IMG/VR virus record: IMGVR_UViG_3300037054_000148
Location: 62,001-126,000 of that record
Length of the DNA stretch: 64,000 nucleotides
Reading direction: 5' to 3' (one strand)
How positions within the stretch are numbered: position 1 is the stretch's first letter; each line of letters starts with the position of its first letter. The notes beneath the pieces were generated by a model that was not told where the DNA came from, did no database searches, and saw only the letters and a program-made list of their open reading frames with translations. A program made the translations under genes and the position numbers. Positions 10,105 through 27,783 of this stretch are shown here, in pieces.

Positions 10105-11127
10105 GTGAATAATCCAAATCAATTAAGTGCCCTTCAGGCAAGCGTAAAGCAAATTACCCAAACTGCTCATGGCTTCGCTGTGGGGGACTGGCTTTGGTTT
10201 AACGGCACCGCTTACGCTTTGGGGCAGGCAAATAACGCCAGTTCCTCAGTGATTATCGGTATGGTTAGTGCGGTTGCCACGGTTGATGTGTTTGTCTTGA
10301 CGCTCGAAGGTTATGTGGACTCTTCAGTTGGCCTAACCGGCTTATCCCCCGGAGCCCTCTACTACCTCTCCAACGGTACCCCCGGTGGGATGAGCCCCGT
10401 TTCGGGGACAAGTGTTATGCCCCTTTTCGTCGCGGACAGCCCCACTTCTGGGTATGTCAAAATTGGCGGAGGAGGGGGTGGGGGAGGGGGGAATCCTTAT
10501 CAAACTCCAGCTTTCTCAGGATTTTCTATCGAATCTCAGAGCACTTCTCTGGAAGTTGGGGCCACAAGCTCTGCTAACCCAGTGTTCGCATGGTCCGTTA
10601 CAAATCTGAGCAATGCGGTGGCCAATACGGTTGCAATTTCAGACACTACCGCCTCTGTCACGTTGGGGACCGGACTCTCACTGACTTCTCCGTTCTCCGC
10701 AACATATGCAGGGGTCACTAAGACCTCTGTAAGCTCAGAAAACTTTAGAATAACCGGAATTGATTCAGAAAGTGATACATTTTCCGCTAATTTCACCATT
10801 TCTTGGTATGACAGGGTATATTATGGAGAAAGTTCTTCTTCCTTACTAGCTGCTTCTGATATCACGGGACTTCGGGTTAGCGGACTACAATCTGCTTTCC
10901 CCGGAATCTACGACTTTATTGCTTCACCAGGAGAGTTTAAGTACCTTTGTTTCCCGGTTTCTATGGGAACCCCAATTGCTTTCAAAGATCAAAGCACTAA
11001 TTTGAACGTACCATTCAGCATCCCCTACATAATTACAGTAATAAACTCATATGGCATCTCTATAAATTATAATGTTTTTGGGACTTATTACCAAATTGGT
11101 GGGGCACTTAACGTGGTGATATCATGA
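10105..11127 (+). CDS. Virion appendage/decoration protein (QTAHGF domain, Gly linker, Ig-like domain)
   Basis: GTG at 10105 has GGGAG 9 nt upstream (track start 10084 is less likely); QTAHGFAVGD...GALYYLS...PLFVA domain; poly-Gly; VYYG...YLCFP. Confidence 0.6.
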   Translation: MNNPNQLSALQASVKQITQTAHGFAVGDWLWFNGTAYALGQANNASSSVIIGMVSAVATVDVFVLTLEGYVDSSVGLTGLSPGALYYLSNGTPGGMSPVSGTSVMPLFVADSPTSGYVKIGGGGGGGGGNPYQTPAFSGFSIESQSTSLEVGATSSANPVFAWSVTNLSNAVANTVAISDTTASVTLGTGLSLTSPFSATYAGVTKTSVSSENFRITGIDSESDTFSANFTISWYDRVYYGESSSSLLAASDITGLRVSGLQSAFPGIYDFIASPGEFKYLCFPVSMGTPIAFKDQSTNLNVPFSIPYIITVINSYGISINYNVFGTYYQIGGALNVVIS

Positions 11128-11136
11128 GGAGGCTTG

Positions 11137-12108
11137 ATGCTTATAAGTAAAACAGCCTCAGTGACAATTGTGGGTCGTAATAAGGAATTTTATAAAAAAT
11201 TGGGGTATGAGATTCCAGAGAGATTCTTAAAATCTGAATGGGCCTATACCACTCCAAGGGGGACTAAGATAGAAGTTAAGGTTTCTGATTTACAGGCTGG
11301 TTCAAGGGCTTTAGTCAACGTCAAGTGTGACTTTTGCGGAAAAATAATAGAAAAAAAGTACTATAAATATTTGCAAGGAAAAGACAATGGGGATGCTTGT
11401 GAAAAATGTAAGACTAAAAAAGCGGGGCAGGCGCTTCTTAAAAAATATGGAGCAAACAACTCTTTTGCAATTCCTGAAATTCAAGAGAAGGGGGATAGAA
11501 AGAAAAGGGTTCCTTTTGAGATTATAGAACAAGAATGTGTATCTAAGGGTTACAATTTGATAGCTTTAAGTTATTCTAAGACCGGGGCAAGGTTAGAGTA
11601 TATTTGCCAATTCCATCCCCTCATCTCTCAGTCTATTCTTTTGGGTGACTTTAGGAGGGGTCATGGGTGCCGCTGGTGCGGAAGAGAGAGATACAGTGGT
11701 GATAGATGTCATACGTGGGCAGGAGGGGTTACTGATATTCAAGCATACCTCAGAAAAAAATTGAAGCCTTTGGTATTAGCTAGGATATGCAGGGCAAATC
11801 ATATATGTGAACTTACTGGTAAAAAATATAGAATTCTGCAACTTCATCATATTGATGGATTTAATAAGTTGCTTTTAACTACCTTGGGTACACTTAATTT
11901 CACTATAAAAACTATAGGAAATTACTCAGAAGAGGAATTAACAGCTATTAAGGATGAGTTTATCCAACAGCATGAACTCTGCGAATCTGTTATTCTTGGA
12001 GATAATGTACACAAAAAATTCCACCATATTTATGGATTTAAGCATTTTACTGCAAACGATTATTATGAGTTTGCACTATTAGTTAAAAAAGGAGAGTTAG
12101 ATGTCTGA
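11137..12108 (+). CDS. Free-standing HNH-type homing endonuclease with Zn-ribbon domains
   Basis: GGAGG then ATG 11137; CDFC/CEKC and C..H...GHGCRWC motifs; CELTG...LHHI...HKKFHHIYG; visibly AT-rich relative to flanks. Confidence 0.75.
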   Translation: MLISKTASVTIVGRNKEFYKKLGYEIPERFLKSEWAYTTPRGTKIEVKVSDLQAGSRALVNVKCDFCGKIIEKKYYKYLQGKDNGDACEKCKTKKAGQALLKKYGANNSFAIPEIQEKGDRKKRVPFEIIEQECVSKGYNLIALSYSKTGARLEYICQFHPLISQSILLGDFRRGHGCRWCGRERYSGDRCHTWAGGVTDIQAYLRKKLKPLVLARICRANHICELTGKKYRILQLHHIDGFNKLLLTTLGTLNFTIKTIGNYSEEELTAIKDEFIQQHELCESVILGDNVHKKFHHIYGFKHFTANDYYEFALLVKKGELDV

Positions 12109-13096
12109 TTTTCCTGGTGGTGTTCAAGTCACTGGGTATATGAGCCCAAGTAGCCTTACGGATATGTACCCGACTCACGATTCCCAGTTCGGTTTGGGTG
12201 GTGGGCATGAAGTAGCGGGTGAGACTGCTCGTAATGCGATTCCCCCTAATCGTAGACGCGAGGGAATGACTTGCTATACGGCCAGTGACCAACAGACATG
12301 GCAGTTGCAGGGTGGTATTCTTGATATAAATTGGACCAATATCACTGGGAGTGGATCTTTCGTTGTTAATCAAACGGCCCATGGCTTTCTCGCAGGACAG
12401 TGGCTATTTTTTAATGGATCCATATGGGCTCTAGCATCCGCTACTGCTTTCGCCTCTTCCGAAGTTGAGGGGATGGTTACATCAGTTCCCTCGGCAAACC
12501 AGTTCATTCTAACAACTCAAGGTCATATTTCAGGTATGAGTGGGTTGGTCCCAGGTAATGTTTACTTTTTATCTGATACCACTCCGGGTCAGATGATGTT
12601 GAATCGCCCCGCATTACAAAGCGAAGTATCTAAACCCCTTTTTGTTGCAGATTCAGCTACTTCAGGTCTCATTAAAATTGAGGTGGGGGTCCAGGTAGGG
12701 GTGGGGTTTGCGTTGATGCAACCCTTCACCATCGTCTACACCACCGGATCTCTAGGGGTAGGACAGGGAGCCGTCTACACCGTCCCAATGCAGGCTTACC
12801 AGTTCCAGATCAGGAATGTCTATTCAAACGTAGCTTGTCGATTCCGAATATACGGGACACAACAATTAGCCACGATGGATTTTTCCCGACCCGCTTCTAT
12901 AAAAGCCACGGGAAATAACGGTCTTTACCTGGAAATGGTCATGATACCTGGGGTTTTGAGTTGGATCAATTCCCCGATGCCTACTCTGGCTAACCAGGAC
13001 TCTCCGGTAAACCAAAATATGTATATCTCCATTCAGAATACCGGGACGGTCCCAGCAGTTATAACAATTACAATGCAAACCCTAAAGTTGCAGTGA
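12101..13096 (+). CDS. Virion fibre/adaptor protein (RNAIP..RRREGM N-domain, QTAHGF domain, shared C-terminal domain)
   Basis: 331 aa; C-terminal ~125 aa is paralogous to the C-terminus of the 15429 collagen protein. Confidence 0.55.
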   Translation: MSDFPGGVQVTGYMSPSSLTDMYPTHDSQFGLGGGHEVAGETARNAIPPNRRREGMTCYTASDQQTWQLQGGILDINWTNITGSGSFVVNQTAHGFLAGQWLFFNGSIWALASATAFASSEVEGMVTSVPSANQFILTTQGHISGMSGLVPGNVYFLSDTTPGQMMLNRPALQSEVSKPLFVADSATSGLIKIEVGVQVGVGFALMQPFTIVYTTGSLGVGQGAVYTVPMQAYQFQIRNVYSNVACRFRIYGTQQLATMDFSRPASIKATGNNGLYLEMVMIPGVLSWINSPMPTLANQDSPVNQNMYISIQNTGTVPAVITITMQTLKLQ

Positions 13097-13105
13097 GGAG
13101 TAAGA

Positions 13106-15016
13106 ATGTCAACGTTTCTTGGATTTTTCTCATATCTGATGCCTATTGGCTCCACAGTGGCCGGTGTGCAGTCCATGTTGAAGTCCAATCTCCAAGCGTG
13201 TAGCTGGCAGGTTGTGCGCCAATCTGTCATTCCTAACTCCACCTTTGGGACGTTGGCAAACGCAGCCAACGCTTTTGATATGAATAGCACCACGCAAGCG
13301 GGTGGGGACAGCACCGGCAATATTGGTTGTGTGGCCCCCACGGCATTTCTCCCAACTGTGATGTACGTGCAGGTAAACAACGATGGGGGCGGCTCTGCTC
13401 CATTCAGCTTCGATCTTGAATACAGTATTAACAGCGGGTCCACTTGGCAAACGTTACAGACCTGGACAAATCAGAACGTCTGGACTAATATGGAGCGTAG
13501 AAGATACATTGTTTATGGAGCAACGGCTCAGACTTATTGGAGAATGAACGTCAGTGCCTCAAATGGTGCGAATACCTACATTACTGAATGGACTCTTGAA
13601 GACCAGAATGGTAATTGGCTGACAAACTCTACCTTCCTAGATATGATCCCTCCGACGACTGAGTTTATCGGGAATAGTGTGGCCAGAGATGTCCTTCGAA
13701 TCACTGTTAACTCCTCCTCCATCAACATGCTTTCGGTGTCAGAGCTTTTCACCCCCCTTCCCCAGATGTATATGTTCGATACGCCAGCGGCAGGGGCAGT
13801 CACTCTTTCAGTCCATATTGCCAACACGGTCTCCTTTGTCGGAACTGCTGGAAATACGGCTGAACAGAACGCCAGAGGGCTATATGAGGCTATAAAAAAT
13901 AGTGCTGATTCTGATTTCGCCCTTTGGAATTGGGTTTGGCTTACTTCTCTTCAAGGCACCGCAGGGGGTGGGTACATCCAGGCCGCACAGATAACTCCAG
14001 CCACCAATGTGGCAATAACCTCCACAAATATTACATCACATCTGAGGGGGAGCTACTGCAATGCCCCAATGGTTCAGGGTTCTCAATTAGCCCCAGTAAA
14101 TGGAGTTACAATTGACCTTATTAATGGGTTTGTATTCTATCTGCAAGTTTGTAGTCGCGGAATTGCATTAGCAATTAAAACAAATAGCTCATACGTCACT
14201 CCTGTCCACGCTTGTTATGGGGATAATCCCTCTGCTCTTGCACAAATACCCATTTCGGATATTTCAAGCATTCCTTGCACCCCCATTGATTTATTTGTTG
14301 GGACAGATGAGCCTACGAATCAGACTGGGGCCTACGGCTATACCTCGCACTGGTGGGGAGTTGCCAATGCCTGGAGCAATTCCACTGCCTATTGGGGTAT
14401 GGCACCTATTGATAATGGCCAGTACAACTCCGCATCCATTTGGTCCCACCATCAAGTTCCTGGGCAGATTCAAGATTTTGGAAATACAAGTTACGCAACT
14501 AACGGTATTGCTTCAATCAATATGTCCATGGACGGGGAAGGACTATTTAACGGAGGGGATTCTGGGTTAATTTATTCAGTGCATCGAATGTCTGCCAACC
14601 CCACTATTCAATACCCGAACATTGCCACTTCTTATAATGTTACAGCAGCTAGACTTACTGGCCCCGCCTACGCAAATCTAGACTGGTATAAGTTTGTCGG
14701 CTCCCTTTCTGACGAGCAAGTCATTTTTTCCCCAAGCACCGATTACACCACAGCCATCACAATTCAAGGGCTCCCCACTGATACGACGATAAACGTATCA
14801 GATGCGATTGGCTTCCCCACTACTGGTTTTCTGTTTATTGATGGGGAGATCATTCAATATAACGGGATTACTCCGACCGCATTTACAAGTTGCACGAGAG
14901 GGATGTATTTGACCAGCCCCCAAGGTCTCTTCCCTGGTACAACGGTTTTCATTGGGGGCTGGTATGTGAAGATTCAGAACGGTTTGCTCTTCGCCGGGTA
15001 CCAGTTACCTACCTAA
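13106..15016 (+). CDS. Virion protein with discoidin/F5-8C-like carbohydrate-binding domain
   Basis: 636 aa; NAFD...FDLEYS..GSTWQT...YWRMNV...ITEWTL; C-terminal TTINVSDAIGFPTTG.LFIDGEII.Y...CTRG phage motif; GAGGAG RBS. Confidence 0.55.
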   Translation: MSTFLGFFSYLMPIGSTVAGVQSMLKSNLQACSWQVVRQSVIPNSTFGTLANAANAFDMNSTTQAGGDSTGNIGCVAPTAFLPTVMYVQVNNDGGGSAPFSFDLEYSINSGSTWQTLQTWTNQNVWTNMERRRYIVYGATAQTYWRMNVSASNGANTYITEWTLEDQNGNWLTNSTFLDMIPPTTEFIGNSVARDVLRITVNSSSINMLSVSELFTPLPQMYMFDTPAAGAVTLSVHIANTVSFVGTAGNTAEQNARGLYEAIKNSADSDFALWNWVWLTSLQGTAGGGYIQAAQITPATNVAITSTNITSHLRGSYCNAPMVQGSQLAPVNGVTIDLINGFVFYLQVCSRGIALAIKTNSSYVTPVHACYGDNPSALAQIPISDISSIPCTPIDLFVGTDEPTNQTGAYGYTSHWWGVANAWSNSTAYWGMAPIDNGQYNSASIWSHHQVPGQIQDFGNTSYATNGIASINMSMDGEGLFNGGDSGLIYSVHRMSANPTIQYPNIATSYNVTAARLTGPAYANLDWYKFVGSLSDEQVIFSPSTDYTTAITIQGLPTDTTINVSDAIGFPTTGFLFIDGEIIQYNGITPTAFTSCTRGMYLTSPQGLFPGTTVFIGGWYVKIQNGLLFAGYQLPT

Positions 15017-15028
15017 CATGAGGTTCTG

Positions 15029-15376
15029 ATGGGTAATTCCCCTGCAAAAAATCTTCTTCCCCCAATCGGTTACCAAACCTTTTGGACGAACGGTCCGTCC
15101 TCTACCAACAATTTGATATCCCCTCCCAAAATGTTCGCGGCTTTTTCACCCGTTTTTCTGAACCCTCGAATATTAGTCCCTAGATTTGTATTAGTGACCG
15201 CCTTTACCTCTGCTCAGGCCCCCATTTTTCATAGCTATCTGAATGGGGCTGTTCCGGTGGGGGAGGTTGAATCCAGATGTGGGACGATTGGTGTGACCAC
15301 CTTTCCGGCTGTCTATCAGGCTCAAAATGGGGATATTCCAGCTTTTGGTCAGATTTACCCTAGAGGTTTAGATTAA
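15029..15376 (+). CDS. Small Pro-rich protein ending GQIYPR (c-family)
   Basis: 115 aa; GAGG RBS; C-terminal motif shared with 21660 and 23631 ORFs. Confidence 0.55.
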   Translation: MGNSPAKNLLPPIGYQTFWTNGPSSTNNLISPPKMFAAFSPVFLNPRILVPRFVLVTAFTSAQAPIFHSYLNGAVPVGEVESRCGTIGVTTFPAVYQAQNGDIPAFGQIYPRGLD

Positions 15377-15395
15377 ACGAGGGTGAGGGAACCCA

Positions 15396-15416
15396 GCTTC
15401 CTGTTTCTCCAATGAG
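15396..15416 (+). promoter_or_regulatory. Candidate late-promoter motif GCT-N14-TGAG
   Basis: GCTTCCTGTTTCTCCAATGAG upstream of collagen gene 1. Confidence 0.3.
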
Positions 15417-15428
15417 GTAGTTTTTGGC

Positions 15429-19879
<4,451 letters not shown>

Positions 19880-19883
<4 letters not shown>

Positions 19884-20758
19884 CACTCTCACAATTCAAC
19901 ACCACAAATAATTATTCAACGGATGCTGCGTTTCAGACAGATTGCCTCGCAATTCATAACGCAATTCTTGCCGTAGGTCTGGTGCAGACTGCTGATGTGG
20001 GGCAGATCAGTTTTCCTTCTCTGACCCGATCAGTGGCCAATAACGCCTCTGGTTATATCATTTACGCTTTTTCGGATGCGTTACAGGCCACCTACCCAGT
20101 TTATATTAAAATTGAATATGGGGCGGGGACTGCAAATTATACCCAGCTAGGACTGTGGGTAACAGTTGGGTTTGCTACAAACGGAGCGGGGGTAATAACT
20201 GGAAATAGCCAGACCTCTAGAATTGCTCTACCCTCCGCTACGACTAATGTATTGACACCAGGAGGAGTCAGTGGTTCAACCAGTAGGCTTACTGCTTCCA
20301 TTATGCTGTTCAATGGCAGTCCTAATTACCTATCCATATGGTTCAGTGTGGAGAGGCTCCAGAGCACAGCCGGTGCGGATACGAGCCAAGGCATTGTATT
20401 GGCCTATGCACAGCATGGTGCAAGTGCCTCCCCAATCAGCGGGTCTCAAGTCGTCTACTACTCAGGTTACCAGCCCCCTCCCACCACAGCCCTCGGCTCA
20501 TTGATGCCCAATCAACCAGCGGGGACCACCTGGGTGGTGGGAGCGAATACCGGCACCGGCCCTATACTCCCCCTTGGGTTTGGTGCCCATCCGTGTATTC
20601 AAGGTGGGCTACTTTATTTCCAAGGAGACATTTCGGCCCAGTCCATCCCTTCTATTTCTGTTTATGGGACACCACACAACTATCTTGCACTCGGAGCAGC
20701 CCCCGCTAGTTTGACCAATTTCAATGCTTCGGCTGGTATTTTGGCGAGGTGGGATTAA
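19880..20758 (+). CDS. Virion (fibre-tip?) protein paralog A1
   Basis: 292 aa; [41 protein letters not shown], ends RWD. Confidence 0.7.
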
Positions 20759-21660
20759 TGACCCTATCACTCTACACCACAGCAGGAGTTCCTACCAACC
20801 CAACTGGGTGGAGAGCCACTTGTCTTCAGGTACACAACGCAATTCTTGCCGTAGGATTGATTCAGACCACAGATACGGGTCAGATCAATTTCGCTACCGT
20901 AACTCCCTCTGAATCTGGTAATGCTAAATCAGGGTATGCTATTTACTCATTTAATGATACTTATCAAGCCTCTTACCCTTGTTTTATTCGAATTGATTAT
21001 GGGGTAGACAACACGGGAATTAGTTTCTTTGGTATTGCCATATGGATGACGGTCGGAACATCCACAAACGGAGCCGGGGTAATCGGATCTATCACATCTC
21101 CAACAATTAATGTCAATATCCAGTTGTACAGTGAGGCCAATGCTGTGGGGGCGGCTAGCGGAACGTCCTCCAGATTGACTTTGGTGTCTAGGTATAACCA
21201 AACCGGATCAACTGGCATCTCCGCTCTCTCCGTGGAACGTATTCAGAGCACCGCAGGAGCCGACACTACTACAGGACTAGTGTTCACCTGGATAAAATTC
21301 AACGCTCTTCAGAACTCCTTCCCCTATCACGGGCAGCAGGTTCTTTATTTTTCTGGAATACAGCCAGCGGCTTTCTATAATAATAGCACATCAGGAGGCA
21401 TACCCCCCATTATTCTCCCTTTTAACACCACAGCTTGGGCCAATGGTAATTTCTGTTTCACCTCTCCCGTCTACCCGGTTGGTTATACTCTTCACCCCCC
21501 TATACAAGGACTCATGGTGGGCTTTCTGGCCGATTTTCCAGCCCCCAACTACCCCCTTCCCGTCTCTATATATGGGACCAGCCATCAATGGGCCGTGTTT
21601 GCTCAATCCTGGCTCTATCAGACCGCCTCAGTGGTCAATCTTCTAGTGAGGTGGGACTGA
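20758..21660 (+). CDS. Virion (fibre-tip?) protein paralog B1
   Basis: ATG 20758 overlaps the upstream TAA (TAATG); MTLSLY start matches paralogs; SYPCFIRIDYG, GLVFTW, GQQVLYF, ends RWD. Confidence 0.7.
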   Translation: MTLSLYTTAGVPTNPTGWRATCLQVHNAILAVGLIQTTDTGQINFATVTPSESGNAKSGYAIYSFNDTYQASYPCFIRIDYGVDNTGISFFGIAIWMTVGTSTNGAGVIGSITSPTINVNIQLYSEANAVGAASGTSSRLTLVSRYNQTGSTGISALSVERIQSTAGADTTTGLVFTWIKFNALQNSFPYHGQQVLYFSGIQPAAFYNNSTSGGIPPIILPFNTTAWANGNFCFTSPVYPVGYTLHPPIQGLMVGFLADFPAPNYPLPVSIYGTSHQWAVFAQSWLYQTASVVNLLVRWD

Positions 21661-21848
21661 TGGCCATAATCACTAATACCTCTGTCTTTAGTGTGGGGAT
21701 TGTGAGCCCATTTGACAAAATCATCTCAATCAGTGCCTTTCCCCCTATTATTCCTCCCGGTCTCACTAAAATATTATATGAATCTTCAGCTTGTAGCCAC
21801 CCCGCCCGACCCACTACAGGGGTCGTATGGCCCCGAAAAGCCCCTTAA
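21660..21848 (+). CDS. Small protein c1 ending RPTTGVVWPR
   Basis: 62 aa from ATG in TGATG overlap; MAII...SVG start like the 23631 ORF. Confidence 0.6.
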   Translation: MAIITNTSVFSVGIVSPFDKIISISAFPPIIPPGLTKILYESSACSHPARPTTGVVWPRKAP

Positions 21849-21857
21849 GGAGTTAGA

Positions 21858-22733
21858 ATGACACTCTCTACATGGACCAGCACTGTAAACGTCACCACTG
21901 ATGCACTATGGCGCACCGAAATGCAAGCTATCAGCACTGCTATTCTGGCTGTCGGCCTAGTCCAGACAGCCGATACGGGTCAGATCAATTTTGCGACCGC
22001 AGTGCGTTCTGGTGTGATTAACACGGCTGTCGGTTACCAGATCTTTACCTTCAATGACACCTATCAAGGCTCCTACCCCTGCTATATCAAGGTGGAATAC
22101 GGTTCCGGAGGCGTGGCCACCACTTCTTGTTCGTTATGGATCACCGTAGGCACCGGCACTAATGGTGCGGGTGTGATTACTCCCATTAGCACTTCTCGTT
22201 ATCAGATTCAGTGCAGCGCAGCTACGGCAGGCACCTTTATTTCTGGTGTGAGTGGCTCCACTAGTCGTTTGACACTCGGATGGTGTACGAATGGGGGCAC
22301 CACCGTTGCCAACTGGTTCACTGTGGAACGAATTCAGAATTCAGCCGGAGCAGATACGACCACTGGATTGGTGTTTATACAGGCTAGTCGTAATCTCGGA
22401 ATCACCGGCAATTTCGATCAGGTTATTTACTTCACCAATCCACAGCCCTATGCGTCTACGTCAGTCGGGACGATGATGATCAATCAACCTACCGCAACGA
22501 CCTGGGTGGTGGGAACGAATACCGGCACCGGCCCCATACTTCCTATAGGATTCGGGGTTCACCCAGCCGTACAGGGGGGCCTCACCTATTTCAATGCTGA
22601 CCTAACGGTTGGAAACCAGTTCACCGTAAGCATCTATGGGAATAATCATAACTTCCTGGCGATTGGGAGTGCAAATATCGGAACGCTCTATAATCTCCAG
22701 GCCACAGCCTCAATTCTGACAAGGTGGGATTAA
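21858..22733 (+). CDS. Virion (fibre-tip?) protein paralog A2
   Basis: 291 aa; TAAGGAG RBS; shares [29 protein letters not shown] with A1; ends RWD. Confidence 0.7.
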   Translation: MTLSTWTSTVNVTTDALWRTEMQAISTAILAVGLVQTADTGQINFATAVRSGVINTAVGYQIFTFNDTYQGSYPCYIKVEYGSGGVATTSCSLWITVGTGTNGAGVITPISTSRYQIQCSAATAGTFISGVSGSTSRLTLGWCTNGGTTVANWFTVERIQNSAGADTTTGLVFIQASRNLGITGNFDQVIYFTNPQPYASTSVGTMMINQPTATTWVVGTNTGTGPILPIGFGVHPAVQGGLTYFNADLTVGNQFTVSIYGNNHNFLAIGSANIGTLYNLQATASILTRWD

Positions 22734-22734
22734 A

Positions 22735-23631
22735 ATGACTTTGACAACATGGAATACTGTGGCGATTGCCTCCAACGTTCTCTTCGAAGCGTGGGCTCTT
22801 CAGGTGCATACTGCCATTCTTGCGACTGGACTGGTGCAGACGGCTGATACGGGACAGATTGTTTTTTCTACCGCAGTCTACCCAGGGGTAGCTAACACCA
22901 AAGCTGGCTATGCGATGTATGCGTTTAATGATCCCAACCAGGGCTCCTATCCCTGCTTCATCCGAGTAGACTTTGGCACCGCCTCCAGCGCCGGTTACCC
23001 ATCCTTATGGGTTCAGGTAGGCACCAGCACGAATGGAGCGGGTGTGATTGGAGGGATACAAACTTCTCAGATTCAGACTCAAGAAACTGGAGCAGGTTAT
23101 ATTTCGGGCATCAGTGGGTCTTCATCCCGATTGACCATGGCACTTAGCTATAATTACGGCCTACCTGCTTATGATGATTTTTTATCAATTGAGCGGATTC
23201 AAACCGTCTCTGGAACGGACAGCACCACCGGCTTGGTATTCACATGGGTGAAGAGTTATGTGGGATCCAACACTTATATCAGTAATGGTCAACAAGTCCT
23301 TTATTTCACCGGAACCCAACCAGTGGCCAACTATTCCAACTCCAGCGGAATTCCTACCATTTTCGCCAATACTTCCAATACGTCTACCACATGGACTAAT
23401 GGAGGGAACAACTCTTATGTTGGGTTGATCTACCCAGTTGGCCAGATCGTCCACTACCCAATTCAAGGGTTCATGGTGAATTATCCGGGGGATATCAGTC
23501 CTTTTTCAGTCGTCACGATCCCCATTTATGGGACAACCCATAGTTGGATTTCCATGCCAGTCGGATGTGCCACCAATCTGGTGACAAATGGAGGGGCCTC
23601 GCAAATGTCTCTCTTAGTTAGGTGGGATTAA
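22735..23631 (+). CDS. Virion (fibre-tip?) protein paralog B2
   Basis: 298 aa; SYPCFIRVDFG, GLVFTW, GQQVLYF, YPVG, PIQG shared with B1; ends RWD. Confidence 0.7.
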   Translation: MTLTTWNTVAIASNVLFEAWALQVHTAILATGLVQTADTGQIVFSTAVYPGVANTKAGYAMYAFNDPNQGSYPCFIRVDFGTASSAGYPSLWVQVGTSTNGAGVIGGIQTSQIQTQETGAGYISGISGSSSRLTMALSYNYGLPAYDDFLSIERIQTVSGTDSTTGLVFTWVKSYVGSNTYISNGQQVLYFTGTQPVANYSNSSGIPTIFANTSNTSTTWTNGGNNSYVGLIYPVGQIVHYPIQGFMVNYPGDISPFSVVTIPIYGTTHSWISMPVGCATNLVTNGGASQMSLLVRWD

Positions 23632-23972
23632 TGGCAGTTATTTCGAGTCAACAGGCTTACAGCGTTGGATTGGGAGGGGTTTACACCAAATCCTTCTCCT
23701 ATGTGAATGCTGTGATGACTCAAATACCTGTCTATTCGAATAGATTTATTCTTTTTAATCCAGGTTTCCTCCCCGCCGCTTCCCAGGTCTATCCCAAAGC
23801 CCTATTTGCTTCAACTGAGGTGGATACGATGACCTCACTCCTTTACAAACCTATTTTGAATGGGGGTACCATCGGGAATCTTTCTTTTGACGCAAAATAC
23901 ATCGCGGCGGGGCCGATTAGTGAACCGATTCGCCCTCTTTACGGAGTCCTCTGGCCGAAGGGCCATAAATAA
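23631..23972 (+). CDS. Small protein c2 ending RPLYGVLWPK
   Basis: 113 aa from ATG in TAATG overlap. Confidence 0.6.
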   Translation: MAVISSQQAYSVGLGGVYTKSFSYVNAVMTQIPVYSNRFILFNPGFLPAASQVYPKALFASTEVDTMTSLLYKPILNGGTIGNLSFDAKYIAAGPISEPIRPLYGVLWPKGHK

Positions 23973-24002
23973 TGGCTCATCCTAACTTTCGAGCAAGATA
24001 AA

Positions 24003-24023
24003 ACTTCCTAATTCTTTGATGAG
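24003..24023 (+). promoter_or_regulatory. Candidate late-promoter motif ACT-N14-TGAG
   Basis: ACTTCCTAATTCTTTGATGAG upstream of collagen gene 2. Confidence 0.35.
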
Positions 24024-24035
24024 GTAACCGTTGGG

Positions 24036-26657
<2,622 letters not shown>

Positions 26658-26660
26658 AAT

Positions 26661-27251
26661 ATGAAAACACTTATCGGTCATGACATTGGGCAATACGAAT
26701 TCAACGCTGCGGCACGGACCATTACCTTCAATGGTCTCCCTCCGTTTGCACTAGAGCAAATTCTGCTCATAACCAATGAGAACCCAAATATCATCATATA
26801 CAATTTTGCAGATCCAACCCCTAATGGTGGAATCCTGGTGGGTAATGTTCTGACTCTAGACTTTAACACAACTTCGATGTTGAACACTGACCCATTGCAG
26901 ATTTACATCGACCTACCTACGACTGCTCCAAATGATAACGCTGCAATGAACGATGCTTACACCCATCTCCTACTTCAAAAAATTTGTGATTTGCTAGAAC
27001 CAATGGCCACACAGGATGTGGCACAGAGGCAGAGAGTCACAATTGATGCAATCACTGGAAGTCTCACCCTAGGCACTGTTAGCACAGTTACCGGTGTCAC
27101 TGCTGTTACCACCCTCAGCACCATTTCAAACCCAGTTCCAGTTGGCAACATTGCAACCCTAGGTGGGGGCAATCCTGAGTGGACTTTTATGGATATAACA
27201 AGACAATCCTATGCAATTGCAATTCGTTCCCAGTTACAGTTTGGAAATTGA
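26661..27251 (+). CDS. Virion fibre-associated protein
   Basis: 196 aa; YEFNAAARTITF...ILLITN...IIYNFAD motif recalled from phage structural proteins; TVSTVTGVTAVTTLST repeat. Confidence 0.55.
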   Translation: MKTLIGHDIGQYEFNAAARTITFNGLPPFALEQILLITNENPNIIIYNFADPTPNGGILVGNVLTLDFNTTSMLNTDPLQIYIDLPTTAPNDNAAMNDAYTHLLLQKICDLLEPMATQDVAQRQRVTIDAITGSLTLGTVSTVTGVTAVTTLSTISNPVPVGNIATLGGGNPEWTFMDITRQSYAIAIRSQLQFGN

Positions 27252-27253
27252 TC

Positions 27254-27781
27254 ATGGCTAGCGGAATCTACAGTATCACCATTAACGGCAAAACCTACAT
27301 AGGCTCTGCTATAAACTTTAAAAGTCGTTGGACTAACCATAAAAATCAGTTAAATAAAAATATACATAAAAATAAATATCTCCAAAATGCTTGGAATAAA
27401 TACAAAGAAATGGTATTTGAGATCATTTGCGAATGTCCAATTTCCTGTTTACTTGGTATGGAACAACATTATATCAATAAATATTTTGATAATCAAATAA
27501 ATTGTTATAATATGAACTCAATAGCTGGCTCAAGTTTAGGTGCTCATATATCTGAGGAAACTAAGCAAAAAATGAGAGAACTTAATAAAGGGAATAAACA
27601 TAGTTGTGGGCATAAAAATAGTTTAGGATACAAACATTCAGATGAGTTTAAATTAAAAATGTCAGAAAGAAAAAAAGGAAACACTTTTTGGCAAGGTAAA
27701 AAACACTCAGAGGAAACTAAGCAAAAAATGAAAGATACTATAAAAAGAAGTAAAGAACTTAAATACAGAAAGGATATATAA
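27254..27781 (+). CDS. GIY-YIG homing endonuclease with NUMOD3-type repeats
   Basis: MASGIY...YIGS...RW..H...H.NKYLQNAWNKY...EQ; HSEETKQKM; AT-rich; true start ATG 27254. Confidence 0.9.
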   Translation: MASGIYSITINGKTYIGSAINFKSRWTNHKNQLNKNIHKNKYLQNAWNKYKEMVFEIICECPISCLLGMEQHYINKYFDNQINCYNMNSIAGSSLGAHISEETKQKMRELNKGNKHSCGHKNSLGYKHSDEFKLKMSERKKGNTFWQGKKHSEETKQKMKDTIKRSKELKYRKDI

Positions 27782-27783
27782 AT

